64,000 nt of DNA from assembly GCA_964187785.1 (NCBI GenBank), contig OZ076413.1:43588001-43652000 (forward strand), given 5' to 3'. The number at the start of each line of letters is the position of its first letter. Position 1 is the stretch's first letter. The translations under genes and the position numbers were made by a program. Shown in pieces: positions 48,423 to 58,138 of the stretch. Origin of the DNA: Amphiscolops sp. MND2022 (taxonomy: Eukaryota). Under the pieces are notes generated by a model. The model was not told where the DNA came from. It did not search any database and worked only from the letters and a program-made list of their open reading frames with translations.

Positions 48423-50423
48423 TTAACTACCGCCAAAATCGACTGAGGTCACCGATGCTATCGAGACATAGACGCGATCGTGCAAGATTATTGCAATATT
48501 ATGGTCTGCAAAGTGGTCGCGTAGCGTGGCGTACCAGGCTGGTAGGAGGTTCATCGATCGCTCGGGATCATAAATGGGCAAGTGGATTCTGGTAATGTGG
48601 TTTCGATGGAGCTGGGTTATCAAATTTGTCAAACATGCATGGAGTACTTCATGTAAGAGTGGGTGTTTATTCGATGCTCTGGTACATAGAAGGAAAATTT
48701 CGTTATTCCAGGGTGCAGTTGGCGAGCGGACTAAGCGAATTGCGGTGCCAACTGCCGGCCTTAGGCGAAATATGTTTTCCTGACCGTATTCGCGAATAAC
48801 ATAACGGGTGGTGGCAGAGTAAGAGAGCAAATCTGCAGGGCAGCACAGTATCACAGTGCCAGGGGCCTGCAGGTTATCTGTATTGGCATAAGTTATCCAA
48901 GGCAGGTAGTTCGGTCTGGTCTTGGGCTGGGTTATGAGCCATTTGCCGGTGGTATTGCTCTGGTCATCATTAGGTTGGGGTGCTAAATGCCGTAAGATCG
49001 CTTTGCGGTCCTCCCAGACGGTGCGGCGTAGCGGTCTATCTCCCATGTTGGTAGATGACCAATCGTGTGCTATCGAGAGTGCTTCGTTGACCGTGACGGG
49101 TTTTTCCGGCGTATAAGATTGCCGATCCAAGAAGTGTATCTTCGCCTGTCGGCAGAAGATGACCGCTATTAATTGTAGCCAATGTTGGCTTAGGAACTTG
49201 CCGCGATGAATGTCGGCCATGTGGAAACAGAGCGTATTCTCAGGTTCTGTTACAGTGCGCAAGCTCTCTAAGCACATTAATAGAGTTGTGGGAGACACCA
49301 ATGTCGTTGCGTCGAGAGAAGTGACAAGTAGCCACCATCCATTGGTGGGCTGGTATATGTCTCCCGGCGGGGAGGCAATGCGATATTTCTCCCACAGTTG
49401 GTGTGCAGTGATACAGCGAACCATCTCCGGGCTGCTATCCTCTTCCGCTAGCTCGCCAAACGTCATTGAGGGTGGCAAGGGCGGTATGATGGCATGTAGG
49501 GTGAACTCTAGACCGCCTCGGTGAGGTGGTGTCCATTCCTTGAATCGGTAAGTGGGGCAGTCGGAGGGAGATGTCGCGTGCATTGCTCTGAGTGTTTCTT
49601 CCAGCGGTGGTATCACTTCTCGCTCCACACTAGTGAATGTTTTCTCTACCGTGATGATTAGATGGTGTACTAGCGGAGGGGTCTCAACTTTTTCTCGCTG
49701 GGCTTGTACAGTCAGGATCTCATGTTGTGGATGATAATGTGCCCTGGCCATTAGGAGGTCCCTGGCAGGGACTACCGCTCCCCGGGCCAATCGGTTGTCC
49801 GGTGAATCGCGAGTCAGTTGCTTGACGCAACTACAGTTGCGGGAACCACAGGTTCCACACTTGTATCGTGGTGCTCTATTAGCTCGCAGTTGATATCGTG
49901 ATGTTTGCGATGACGGTCTCGGTTCAGAATTCTGGTTCTCCGGTGGTTGTTGGCTTTCGGGTATCTCTGGTAGAGTCATTGCTCGGTCTAGCTTTCGAGG
50001 GGGTGCACGAGTGCTCATTCTTGTCCTAGGGCCTCTTCTGGATCGTGTGGTTTGGGTTCGCGACGATGTCGTGGTTCTACCGGATGGTATGGCGCGGGGT
50101 CGTCCTCGACCTGGTGGTCGGCCTCGAGGCCGTCCTCTGCGGTTCGTGGTATCGGGTTGTGTTGAGCATTGGTTTGGACTGCGATGGACTATCTCTTCTT
50201 CGTCTTCAGTTCCTGACTTTGGTTTAATTTCCATCGGACCGATTGGGTCCTCCAATCGGGGGCCAAACAAGGGAAAGTTACTCAGGGTATCCGTCAGGGA
50301 CGGATTGGATAGTAGTGGGGCCGAGGTCCCTGAGGGTGATGGTATCAGATTTGTAGGTGCGGCTGGCTGAATTTCCTCCTGGTCGGAGTACAGTGGTTCT
50401 AGGTCGTCCAAGTCGGGGAACAC
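48423..50423 (-). CDS. integrase C-terminal extension: AT-hooks, Cys cluster, two macrodomain-like repeats
   Basis: Frame is open upstream to about 50540, where a 1-nt lesion separates it from pol; RRGRPRGRPPGRGRPR; CGTCGSRNCSC; C-terminal ~140 aa patterned like TARG1/OARD1. Confidence 0.8.
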   Translation of the reverse strand: MFPDLDDLEPLYSDQEEIQPAAPTNLIPSPSGTSAPLLSNPSLTDTLSNFPLFGPRLEDPIGPMEIKPKSGTEDEEEIVHRSPNQCSTQPDTTNRRGRPRGRPPGRGRPRAIPSGRTTTSSRTQTTRSRRGPRTRMSTRAPPRKLDRAMTLPEIPESQQPPENQNSEPRPSSQTSRYQLRANRAPRYKCGTCGSRNCSCVKQLTRDSPDNRLARGAVVPARDLLMARAHYHPQHEILTVQAQREKVETPPLVHHLIITVEKTFTSVEREVIPPLEETLRAMHATSPSDCPTYRFKEWTPPHRGGLEFTLHAIIPPLPPSMTFGELAEEDSSPEMVRCITAHQLWEKYRIASPPGDIYQPTNGWWLLVTSLDATTLVSPTTLLMCLESLRTVTEPENTLCFHMADIHRGKFLSQHWLQLIAVIFCRQAKIHFLDRQSYTPEKPVTVNEALSIAHDWSSTNMGDRPLRRTVWEDRKAILRHLAPQPNDDQSNTTGKWLITQPKTRPNYLPWITYANTDNLQAPGTVILCCPADLLSYSATTRYVIREYGQENIFRLRPAVGTAIRLVRSPTAPWNNEIFLLCTRASNKHPLLHEVLHACLTNLITQLHRNHITRIHLPIYDPERSMNLLPAWYATLRDHFADHNIAIILHDRVYVSIASVTSVDFGGS

Positions 50424-53400
50424 TACTGGCGGTGCTGGGCTCTGGATCGGCGGTTCATTTTCTTCTCTTTCGGAGTCTGAGTCAGAGGGGTATCCGAAGT
50501 GGCTGAATCTTCTTCGGGGTATTCCTTGCTCGAGGGCCGTTTGGTACGAGTCTGAATGGTACGAGGTGGAACCGATCCTGTTGGCTCCATTTCGAACGAC
50601 GCTTCCGGAAGTTGTTCTGGTAGAAAAGAGTCTCGAGAGATGTCGGACGCTATCTCTTCAGTGCTTTCTTCTACATACGGATCAGCAATGATGGCTACGT
50701 TTTGATCCGGCCCAAAGGGCTGGTGTGCAGCCCAGTCCCAAGGGGCGGGCACGTGTTTTTTTAATCTTTCGTAATGGACCTTTTGACCAGTGTCTAGCAC
50801 ATATAATCGTCCGTCCTGCAACACGTCAGTCACCTTGTGGGGTCCACGCCATGCGCGAATCAGCTTGCGGGTGCCACCCTTGGGTATGATATGGCAGAAT
50901 ACCCACACCGCATCGCCTACGGCGTGCGCTTTGGCCTTCAGGTGGCGGTCAAACTTTAGCTTTTGCCTTAGCTGTGCTTGGTGCGTATTTCTTCTGACGA
51001 GTTCATGGATTTCTTGTTGCCTGGCTAGAAGGTGTTCTACGAATTCTTCTTTGGAATCGAATCCTCGCGCAGCAAACTCTGGGTAGATGAACGACAAGGG
51101 AATGGATTTTTTGGCTCCATGTTGGAGCATGTAGGGAGAGAATCCCGTGGTTGCGTGTCTAGTTGAATTGTAAGCACCGAGGATTCCATCGATGTGCTCA
51201 TCCCAATCCTGCATTCGCCGCGATGTGTAGACTCTGAGCAGTGTGAGTAACGTTCGGTTCTGTCTCTCCACGAGTCCATTTCCTCGGGGATGCGCTGGTG
51301 TGGATGTCACCTTTGTTACCTGCGATGCCTTCATTAACTCCTGCGCGATTTCAGCTGTCAAATTCGTGGCATTGTCCGACTGCATGCGTGCTGGAGTGCC
51401 GTGCCTGGCAAACCATTTATTAAGGATGATCTTAGCTGTGGTTTGGGCATCATATTCGTCGTGGGCACACGGGATAGCCTCGGCGAATTTCGTGAAGTGG
51501 TCTATCATGACCAAGAGACCGGTGTTCCCCGACTCAGTTTTGCATAGTTTGAGGTGGTCGAATTGCACTAAGTCGTTGAAATTGCTGCTGTTAATGTTCT
51601 GCAAGGGGTAGCAGGGGTTCCCGGCAGGGTGTTTTGTTTGCTGGCAGGTTAAGCAGTGCTTAATGTGATTGACTATGTCACGCTTGATGCCCGGCCAGGT
51701 GTGCCGCTCTTGTACTCTTGCTAGCACCTTCCCTACGCCCTGATGTCCCAATTCGTCGTGCGCCCTATACAAAATCTCGTGTTGGTATAATTGGGGCATG
51801 ACTATCATGCACGGTCGCACGTGCAGCGCACGTTGTTGCGGAACGTAGTTGACGCAGAGGATGTCGTCTGGGTTCAGGAAGAGCAGGTCTTTCTTTTGAT
51901 GGAAGTAGCGTTGCGCGAAGTCCTGCACGTCTTCGGGGAACATTGTGTCTTCCAGTGGTTCGCCTTTCATGAGTTTCCTCAGCGCCAGGAGGTGCACGTC
52001 CCTATTTTGCGCTAGGTGCAGGTCTTTGAGACCACGTCTAGTTAGAAAGTGTTCGTGCAGCTCTGTCCCGACTGTTCTGAGGGCGTGGGCTTGTCTTTGG
52101 CATTCGGGTGGCATCCCTTCAAGCACAGGATCAGGTTCTCCAGTGTCTAGGCGTGCCGGTGGCACTCCGGTTTTGATGCTGAGGATGTGACTCGGTCGGT
52201 GATCCTCATCGATGGTGGGTGTCGCTTCCCACTGTATTTGGGGGTACCACGGGGCATCACTCACCGGGGGTTCTTGCAAGCTCTTTTTGGGCCTATTTCC
52301 CAAGATATACAGCAGTGGGAGTTGGGCTCGAGCTTCCGGTGGAAGCTCTGGATGGTTTGGTATTAGGCGTCCGTGTTTATCAAAGTATGGCACGGTGGGG
52401 AGTGCTTCATAGTCTTCCTGGGTCATGAAGTTGAATCCTTCACTCACTTCCGGTAACTTCTCAAGGATTTTCTCTCGGTGCACATAGTCGTTAGTCCGCT
52501 TGCTGAGGCCGTCCACGTTTCGATGCTGTGTGCGAGGTCGGTGGATCGTCTTGAAGTTATATTGATCCAGACGGGCTATCCAGCGACCTATCATGGCTTG
52601 GTCCATGGAGTACGTTTTAAGCCACGATAGGGCCTGGTTGTCCACGCGGAGCGTGAACTCTCGGCCTGCGAGATACGAGTGGAATTTCTCTATGAAGTAA
52701 AATACTGCGTACATTTCCAACTTGGGTGCTCCATAGTTCAGTTGCGTCTTCGTTAGGGACTTGCTCCCGAAGACTATTGGCCGTAAGATAGTTTTCCCAT
52801 TGTGTTCTTGTTCCTGGTGCAGGATTCCAGCTATTGCTACCGCACTAGCATCGGTATCGAGCACGAACCGTCCGTCTTCATTTGGGGCTGCCAAGGCGGT
52901 CGCATTTGCTAGTGCCTCTTTTACGGCATCGAAGGCCTCTTGGTGTTTCACTTCCCAGTGGAAATGCTGATTCTTCTTGAGCAACTCCTGCAGGGGTTGC
53001 ACCTTGGCTGCATGAAACGGCACAAAGTCTCGGTAGTAGTTCGCGAACCCTAGGAAGCTCTGAAGCTCCTCTCTGCTTCTTGGGGGCATCCATTCTTGGA
53101 TTTTGATTACTGCTTCGGGGTCTGGCTTGATGCCTTCTGAGGACACCACTCGCCCCAGGTACTTTGTCTCCGTGCGCATGAAGTCACATTTCTCGGCACG
53201 CATCTTGAATCCAGCCTCTCGGAGACACTCGAATACTTCCTTGATTCGTGCGATGTGGTCTTCTATGGTTTCCGTGGCGATAACGATGTCGTCAATGTAA
53301 GCCATGACGACACTCCCGTGTCGCTGCTGGATCCGTTGCAGGGCTCGTGTAATGGAACGCTGAAATGTGGCTGAGGCATTGCACAGCCCAAAGGGCATGC

Positions 53401-54142
53401 GCCGCCATTCGAACAAGCCCAGTTCGCAGGCAAACGCCGTTTTCCTCCTATCGCGCTTCTTTAGCGGTATCTGCCAGAAGGCCCACGCTAGGTCAATACT
53501 TGTGAAAATTTTCGCATTGCCTATCCGGGAGAGACTTTCATCAATCCTGGGCAATGGGAACGCGTCCTTGACCGTTACGTCGTTGAGCGGTCGGAAGTCG
53601 CAGCAGAAGCGAAGTTCGCCTGTTTTCTTTTTGACCATGACTATTCCGCTTGCCCACGGTGAATAGGAGGGTTGAATTAGGCCAAGGGCCAACAAATTCC
53701 GCACCTCTTGATTAGCCTTCGCCGCCTTATCCGGGGACATGCGCCGAGCGCCTTCTCTATGCGGGATAGCTTCCGGCTCTAGTTCTATACGATGTTTCGC
53801 TATTTTGCACCTGCCTATGTCAGCTTTATGCTTCATAAAAAGATCATCGTACTCGCTCAGGACGCTTGCTAGTTGATCTCTCGCTCCCTCCCCCCATGAA
53901 GAAAGGACAGAAGAGAGGTCTGGACCTGGTATAGGTCTTAGTAACTGTGGGTCAGTCCGAGCACGCTTCTCACTTTCCGACAACCCTTCTTCAGACATCT
54001 CAGTAGAGGACAAAAAGTTTTGAGCAAAAGAATTATATTCCGAACTCGTTTCGTTCAACCACTCATCGGTATAAACTCTATTAACTTGTTCAAACAAAGG
54101 TTTATCAATTTCGGTTGCCGTGTCGGCAGCCACAGGTTGCAA
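50423..54142 (-). CDS. pol: pol: reverse transcriptase, RNase H, integrase
   Basis: SPWASG, RFCCDFRPLN, MPFGLCNA, YIDD, LDTDAS, KLEMYAV, RVDNQAL, H..GH..C..C zinc finger, QFDH/QSDN/GLVERQN (DD35E). Confidence 0.97.
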   Translation of the reverse strand: MQPVAADTATEIDKPLFEQVNRVYTDEWLNETSSEYNSFAQNFLSSTEMSEEGLSESEKRARTDPQLLRPIPGPDLSSVLSSWGEGARDQLASVLSEYDDLFMKHKADIGRCKIAKHRIELEPEAIPHREGARRMSPDKAAKANQEVRNLLALGLIQPSYSPWASGIVMVKKKTGELRFCCDFRPLNDVTVKDAFPLPRIDESLSRIGNAKIFTSIDLAWAFWQIPLKKRDRRKTAFACELGLFEWRRMPFGLCNASATFQRSITRALQRIQQRHGSVVMAYIDDIVIATETIEDHIARIKEVFECLREAGFKMRAEKCDFMRTETKYLGRVVSSEGIKPDPEAVIKIQEWMPPRSREELQSFLGFANYYRDFVPFHAAKVQPLQELLKKNQHFHWEVKHQEAFDAVKEALANATALAAPNEDGRFVLDTDASAVAIAGILHQEQEHNGKTILRPIVFGSKSLTKTQLNYGAPKLEMYAVFYFIEKFHSYLAGREFTLRVDNQALSWLKTYSMDQAMIGRWIARLDQYNFKTIHRPRTQHRNVDGLSKRTNDYVHREKILEKLPEVSEGFNFMTQEDYEALPTVPYFDKHGRLIPNHPELPPEARAQLPLLYILGNRPKKSLQEPPVSDAPWYPQIQWEATPTIDEDHRPSHILSIKTGVPPARLDTGEPDPVLEGMPPECQRQAHALRTVGTELHEHFLTRRGLKDLHLAQNRDVHLLALRKLMKGEPLEDTMFPEDVQDFAQRYFHQKKDLLFLNPDDILCVNYVPQQRALHVRPCMIVMPQLYQHEILYRAHDELGHQGVGKVLARVQERHTWPGIKRDIVNHIKHCLTCQQTKHPAGNPCYPLQNINSSNFNDLVQFDHLKLCKTESGNTGLLVMIDHFTKFAEAIPCAHDEYDAQTTAKIILNKWFARHGTPARMQSDNATNLTAEIAQELMKASQVTKVTSTPAHPRGNGLVERQNRTLLTLLRVYTSRRMQDWDEHIDGILGAYNSTRHATTGFSPYMLQHGAKKSIPLSFIYPEFAARGFDSKEEFVEHLLARQQEIHELVRRNTHQAQLRQKLKFDRHLKAKAHAVGDAVWVFCHIIPKGGTRKLIRAWRGPHKVTDVLQDGRLYVLDTGQKVHYERLKKHVPAPWDWAAHQPFGPDQNVAIIADPYVEESTEEIASDISRDSFLPEQLPEASFEMEPTGSVPPRTIQTRTKRPSSKEYPEEDSATSDTPLTQTPKEKKMNRRSRAQHRQ

Positions 54143-54217
54143 TACAAAGTTTGTAGGTTCTGCCTTACCGAGGACAGTTTTGGTTGGAATGGTTACGTTT
54201 TCAAAGGTGGCAGTGTT

Positions 54218-57200
54218 TCATACGGCTATGAAAACAATGCCCTTGTCTCCAACAGACGTCAATGTATCTTCTGAAACAAAGGGGCATCGTTTATGTACCC
54301 CCAGGGGGCGAATCATTACGTTTCGGAAAAGGTACTCATTGTGCTTTTGAGAAATAACTTGGGCTCGCACCAGTTTACGCTCATAAGGGCCTAGGACTAC
54401 TTTTTCGGTGGATATCACTAAGGATGGCTCGTGGTCACTTACCTCATGGACGGGTTTGAAGTGGCGTGGCGCTTTGGGGTCTCGTATGGTGACCCTCATG
54501 GCCGTCAGGTCCACGAGAACGTTGTAAGTGCGCAAGAAGTTTCTGCCAAGCAAAAAGTCCTCCGCACCTAGGTGATCGGCGATGACTATAAAATTGGTTC
54601 GAAGGGTATGTCCGCCCAACTGGAAGCTAACATTTTCGGCAATGCCGATGGTGTTGATGGTTTTGCCATTGGCGGCATACAGTTGGATGTCATAAGGCAG
54701 GAGGCTCAAGGCGTGGGCTGATGCAATCTTTTGATAGGCCTTTAGGGAGAGAATGGAGACACCCGAACCGGTGTCAATCATCCCGTACAAGGGTATTGGT
54801 TCCTGGATTGTGTTGCCAAAGGCAACTACCAGGGATGCCCGTTCATCAATGCGAGCCTCCCCCTGGGCATCTTGCACTCCGATGTTATAACATCGCAACT
54901 CCTGGCGGCCCAAGTACAATCCCTGAGGGAAGTGACCTTCTAAGACTACGATAGCGTCAAACTTCATGTCTACTCCGTCTACGTTGATGGCTACCGGCAC
55001 CGGAGAAACGGTTTTGACTTTCTGTATTGGGGCCAGTTTCGTTTCGTCTTCTCTTGCGAAATGCGGGAGCGGTCGCGCTGCGATTGTATATTTCACGTTT
55101 CTGCATAACTCCTCCTTTAGTTGCGATAGCGTCAGCGTGGGTCGCGATTTTTGCTCGGCCGAGAGAAGTAAGTGTATCGAGATAAGTGTTTCTGTGCAAT
55201 CTGGGGCGGGTGCCTCCAGCGTGGTGAGTACTTGCTTCTCGCCACAGGTGACTACTACAGGTCGGGAGGGGCCTCCATCTTCCGCTATCGATATAACCCG
55301 GACCTGGTCGTCTTGGCTCAGGCCGTCGAATTGACTTGGTGAAGGAGCATACCACGCTGCACGGATTTGTTCTTCGTGACTCATTTGTTCCGAGGCCATG
55401 CATTCCGACGCCGAGTGCTCAGTACGGCCGCAATTAATGCAGAAGGCAACTGTGCCTTGGGTTGGCAGGGATGCTGGGAAAACATCATAGTTCAAGCCAT
55501 GTGGCTGAGAGGGGCACACCCAACTGCCGGTCGGGTTCGTGTGACAGGAGTTTACTTGCTGTTGCACCGGCTTCCGTGCACGGTCCTTCAGGGGGCAGTC
55601 CACCACGAAGTGCGATGGGTCTCCGCAGTTGAAGCACGCCCTTTGGGGTTGCTGTCGATAGGCTGCCGGTGGCATGGGTTGTTGTTGGTATGCCGCTGGT
55701 TGGGGAGGCTGTTGTTGTTGCATTTTTTGGGCAGGCGTGGGTGCTACCGGAGACTGATTAGGTTGTGGGATGTTGGCTTGTTGTTGTGGAGGGGGTATCA
55801 TCGGGTAGTTGTCCGAGCGAGTGGAGCCGCGCATGCGTAAGTATTGTTGTACCGTGAAGCGGAGGGCTTCCACTGTTGGCGGGGTCTCCACGTATTGTTC
55901 CGGTGCATACATCAGCGCGAGGTTTCTTTTTAGTTCAAAGTTGCGTACTCCCTCAATGAATCTTTGCATAATTTCGTATCGACGAACTGTTACCTCTTCA
56001 TTGGGGTAACCCTGACTACGCAAGCCCTCGAGGGCATCAAGGTATTGCATGTAGTCCTCTTCGCTATTCTGGTTGCGGGTTCTAAATTGCTGCTGGATGT
56101 GGATTTTGCTGGAGCCTGTCCCAAAGCGACGCGCCAGCAATGCGAATACTTTCTCATCCGTGTCCCTCTCGGCTTCGGACTTATTCGTGATGTAGTCTCT
56201 GGCTTCATGCTCTAGATACTCAATTATCGTCCATGCTTTATCGAGGGGGGTCGCCTTCGGGTGTGCTTTTTCCAAGTGGCGTTTCATCAACATCATCCAC
56301 CCATCTGCATTTCCGTCTCGGGTTCCTCTGTATTTCGTGGGCTTGTTTTTAGACTCCTTGACGGCGAGCAACGGCTCCAAGCCTTTAGACATGGCTGTGG
56401 ATATTGCTTCTGCTAGTGCTTGTCGTTGGGTAGTTCTCGGTGTGTCCGGGGCCTCTTCTGCCACCGAGGGCATCTCTTCAATGTCACTATGTTCGCCTTT
56501 GCCTTGTTCTAGGTTCCGCTTGGTCGTCACCTTGCGCTGGGTACTGGTGGCCACTGGCCGCGGAACGAAGTCTCTGAACGTCTGCGTTCGCGCAGGTGGG
56601 CGGAATGCCGCGCTGGAATCGGCCGTATAGTAGCTGGTCCGGCGGGTGTTCGTTTCGTCGGCAGCGGAATGAAAGTCGCCCGAGGTCGATGCCCCGCGAG
56701 TGTACTGGTCAAACGACGGCGGGTCAGTCATGGGGTCTGTGCCGGCGTCTCGTGACTCCGTGTGGGTTACCTTAGCCATCTTACTAGCTTTCGACAGGTC
56801 ACGCCTGTACGTCGCGGTTGGCACTAGTTTTGGGGGCCTAGGAGGCTCCACTGTGTGCTGTGCCACCGTCCTATAGTGAGGTTGGGGAGCTTCACTTGTA
56901 GATGGCATCTCGGCCTGCTGGTATTTTCGGGGCACCCGTGAGGCCGTTTGTGTTTGCTGTGCGGGGGTCTGCGACACAATTGCTTTCACGCCCAGTGTTA
57001 AATCTTGCATTGCCATCATCAAGTCCGCCATGCGGACATTGGAGTCTATGTCGCGGCGCTGCATTGTGTTTGTCATTGCTTTCATGCGTTCGTCGGCCTG
57101 GCGGTCTCTTTCTCTCATTATTGCGGACATCTCGGCCATGCGGGCGTCCGCTGTAGTTTCTCTCTGTTTAAGCAGATCATTGAGAGATGCCATGGACGCC

Positions 57201-58138
57201 TCCAGTCGGCCCTGATTCTGTCGCCCTTCCGCTTGCATTTCCAGAAGACCTTTTCGCAGCTCGTCCATGTCTCTCATTATCATATCGGCGCGCATCTCAT
57301 GTTCGTTGTTTTCCCGCGCTAGCCTTGTCTGGACTTGAGCTAGCTGAGCTAGGCTACTCTGAAAGTCTTCTCGAACCGTTTGCGTTACCTTTCTTGCTTT
57401 GGTTATTGTTGAGTCAAGATTGGTGTCGGCGCTAGCTTGAGAGTCTGGCGTGTGGGATGTTCGGCTCGCATTCGCATAATTAATCTTTGGTCTCACCGAG
57501 GGTGGCGTTCGAAAAACGTATCTTAACGGATTCTCTGTTATGTTTGTCTTCGAGTTCTCCGCTGGCCTGTTCGACATCTTCGCCGGTGCTTCCGGTAGCG
57601 CATATCCGCTTCGAAAGGGATTCCCGCCTATGCTATTGGTCATCTCCTGGGAACCCGGGGGGTTCCTTTCGACAACCGCCGTCCGTGGGTCCGCCCGTGG
57701 AGTCATTGGAGTGTCATTTTGTTCGTTGGGGGTATCACCAATGCTGAGCTCACCTGTGGGCCCTTGGTTGGAGTTTGGCCAATTTTCCAAACTGTAGTCG
57801 GTGACTTCCAGCGGAGGCCATGTGTGTCTTTGCGTGGTGGTTTCAGCATCATCCGGTGGATTGGTGCTGTCGGGGGAGGCTCGCGAGGAGTTAGGCTGGC
57901 TGGTGGCAACGGCTATCTCCGCGTTTTGCTCCTGGCTCGGTACGAAGTCAGACATAACTTCTGAAAACACGGCTGCTATGGCGGAATCTAATCTACATTC
58001 GTTTTGTTCGGTTGTGGCTTCCGTTCTTCTTCTGAAAGGGTTGGTGGCATGGAAGTCGCTTATGGTGGCGTTATTCTCACGTCGTTCCATGGCTACGGAA
58101 TGTAATATTTTAGCTTCCACCGCGTGCGAAGCTTCCAC
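54218..58138 (-). CDS. gag: gag (coiled coil, capsid, two CCHC knuckles) + tandem aspartic protease domains; in frame with pol across one TGA (first ATG 58090)
   Basis: CFNCGDPSHFVVDC, CINCGRTEHSASEC, MIDTGSG...LLGRNFL; 54217-54143 is 75 nt of open frame leading into pol. Confidence 0.95.
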   Translation of the reverse strand: MEASHAVEAKILHSVAMERRENNATISDFHATNPFRRRTEATTEQNECRLDSAIAAVFSEVMSDFVPSQEQNAEIAVATSQPNSSRASPDSTNPPDDAETTTQRHTWPPLEVTDYSLENWPNSNQGPTGELSIGDTPNEQNDTPMTPRADPRTAVVERNPPGSQEMTNSIGGNPFRSGYALPEAPAKMSNRPAENSKTNITENPLRYVFRTPPSVRPKINYANASRTSHTPDSQASADTNLDSTITKARKVTQTVREDFQSSLAQLAQVQTRLARENNEHEMRADMIMRDMDELRKGLLEMQAEGRQNQGRLEASMASLNDLLKQRETTADARMAEMSAIMRERDRQADERMKAMTNTMQRRDIDSNVRMADLMMAMQDLTLGVKAIVSQTPAQQTQTASRVPRKYQQAEMPSTSEAPQPHYRTVAQHTVEPPRPPKLVPTATYRRDLSKASKMAKVTHTESRDAGTDPMTDPPSFDQYTRGASTSGDFHSAADETNTRRTSYYTADSSAAFRPPARTQTFRDFVPRPVATSTQRKVTTKRNLEQGKGEHSDIEEMPSVAEEAPDTPRTTQRQALAEAISTAMSKGLEPLLAVKESKNKPTKYRGTRDGNADGWMMLMKRHLEKAHPKATPLDKAWTIIEYLEHEARDYITNKSEAERDTDEKVFALLARRFGTGSSKIHIQQQFRTRNQNSEEDYMQYLDALEGLRSQGYPNEEVTVRRYEIMQRFIEGVRNFELKRNLALMYAPEQYVETPPTVEALRFTVQQYLRMRGSTRSDNYPMIPPPQQQANIPQPNQSPVAPTPAQKMQQQQPPQPAAYQQQPMPPAAYRQQPQRACFNCGDPSHFVVDCPLKDRARKPVQQQVNSCHTNPTGSWVCPSQPHGLNYDVFPASLPTQGTVAFCINCGRTEHSASECMASEQMSHEEQIRAAWYAPSPSQFDGLSQDDQVRVISIAEDGGPSRPVVVTCGEKQVLTTLEAPAPDCTETLISIHLLLSAEQKSRPTLTLSQLKEELCRNVKYTIAARPLPHFAREDETKLAPIQKVKTVSPVPVAINVDGVDMKFDAIVVLEGHFPQGLYLGRQELRCYNIGVQDAQGEARIDERASLVVAFGNTIQEPIPLYGMIDTGSGVSILSLKAYQKIASAHALSLLPYDIQLYAANGKTINTIGIAENVSFQLGGHTLRTNFIVIADHLGAEDFLLGRNFLRTYNVLVDLTAMRVTIRDPKAPRHFKPVHEVSDHEPSLVISTEKVVLGPYERKLVRAQVISQKHNEYLFRNVMIRPLGVHKRCPFVSEDTLTSVGDKGIVFIAV

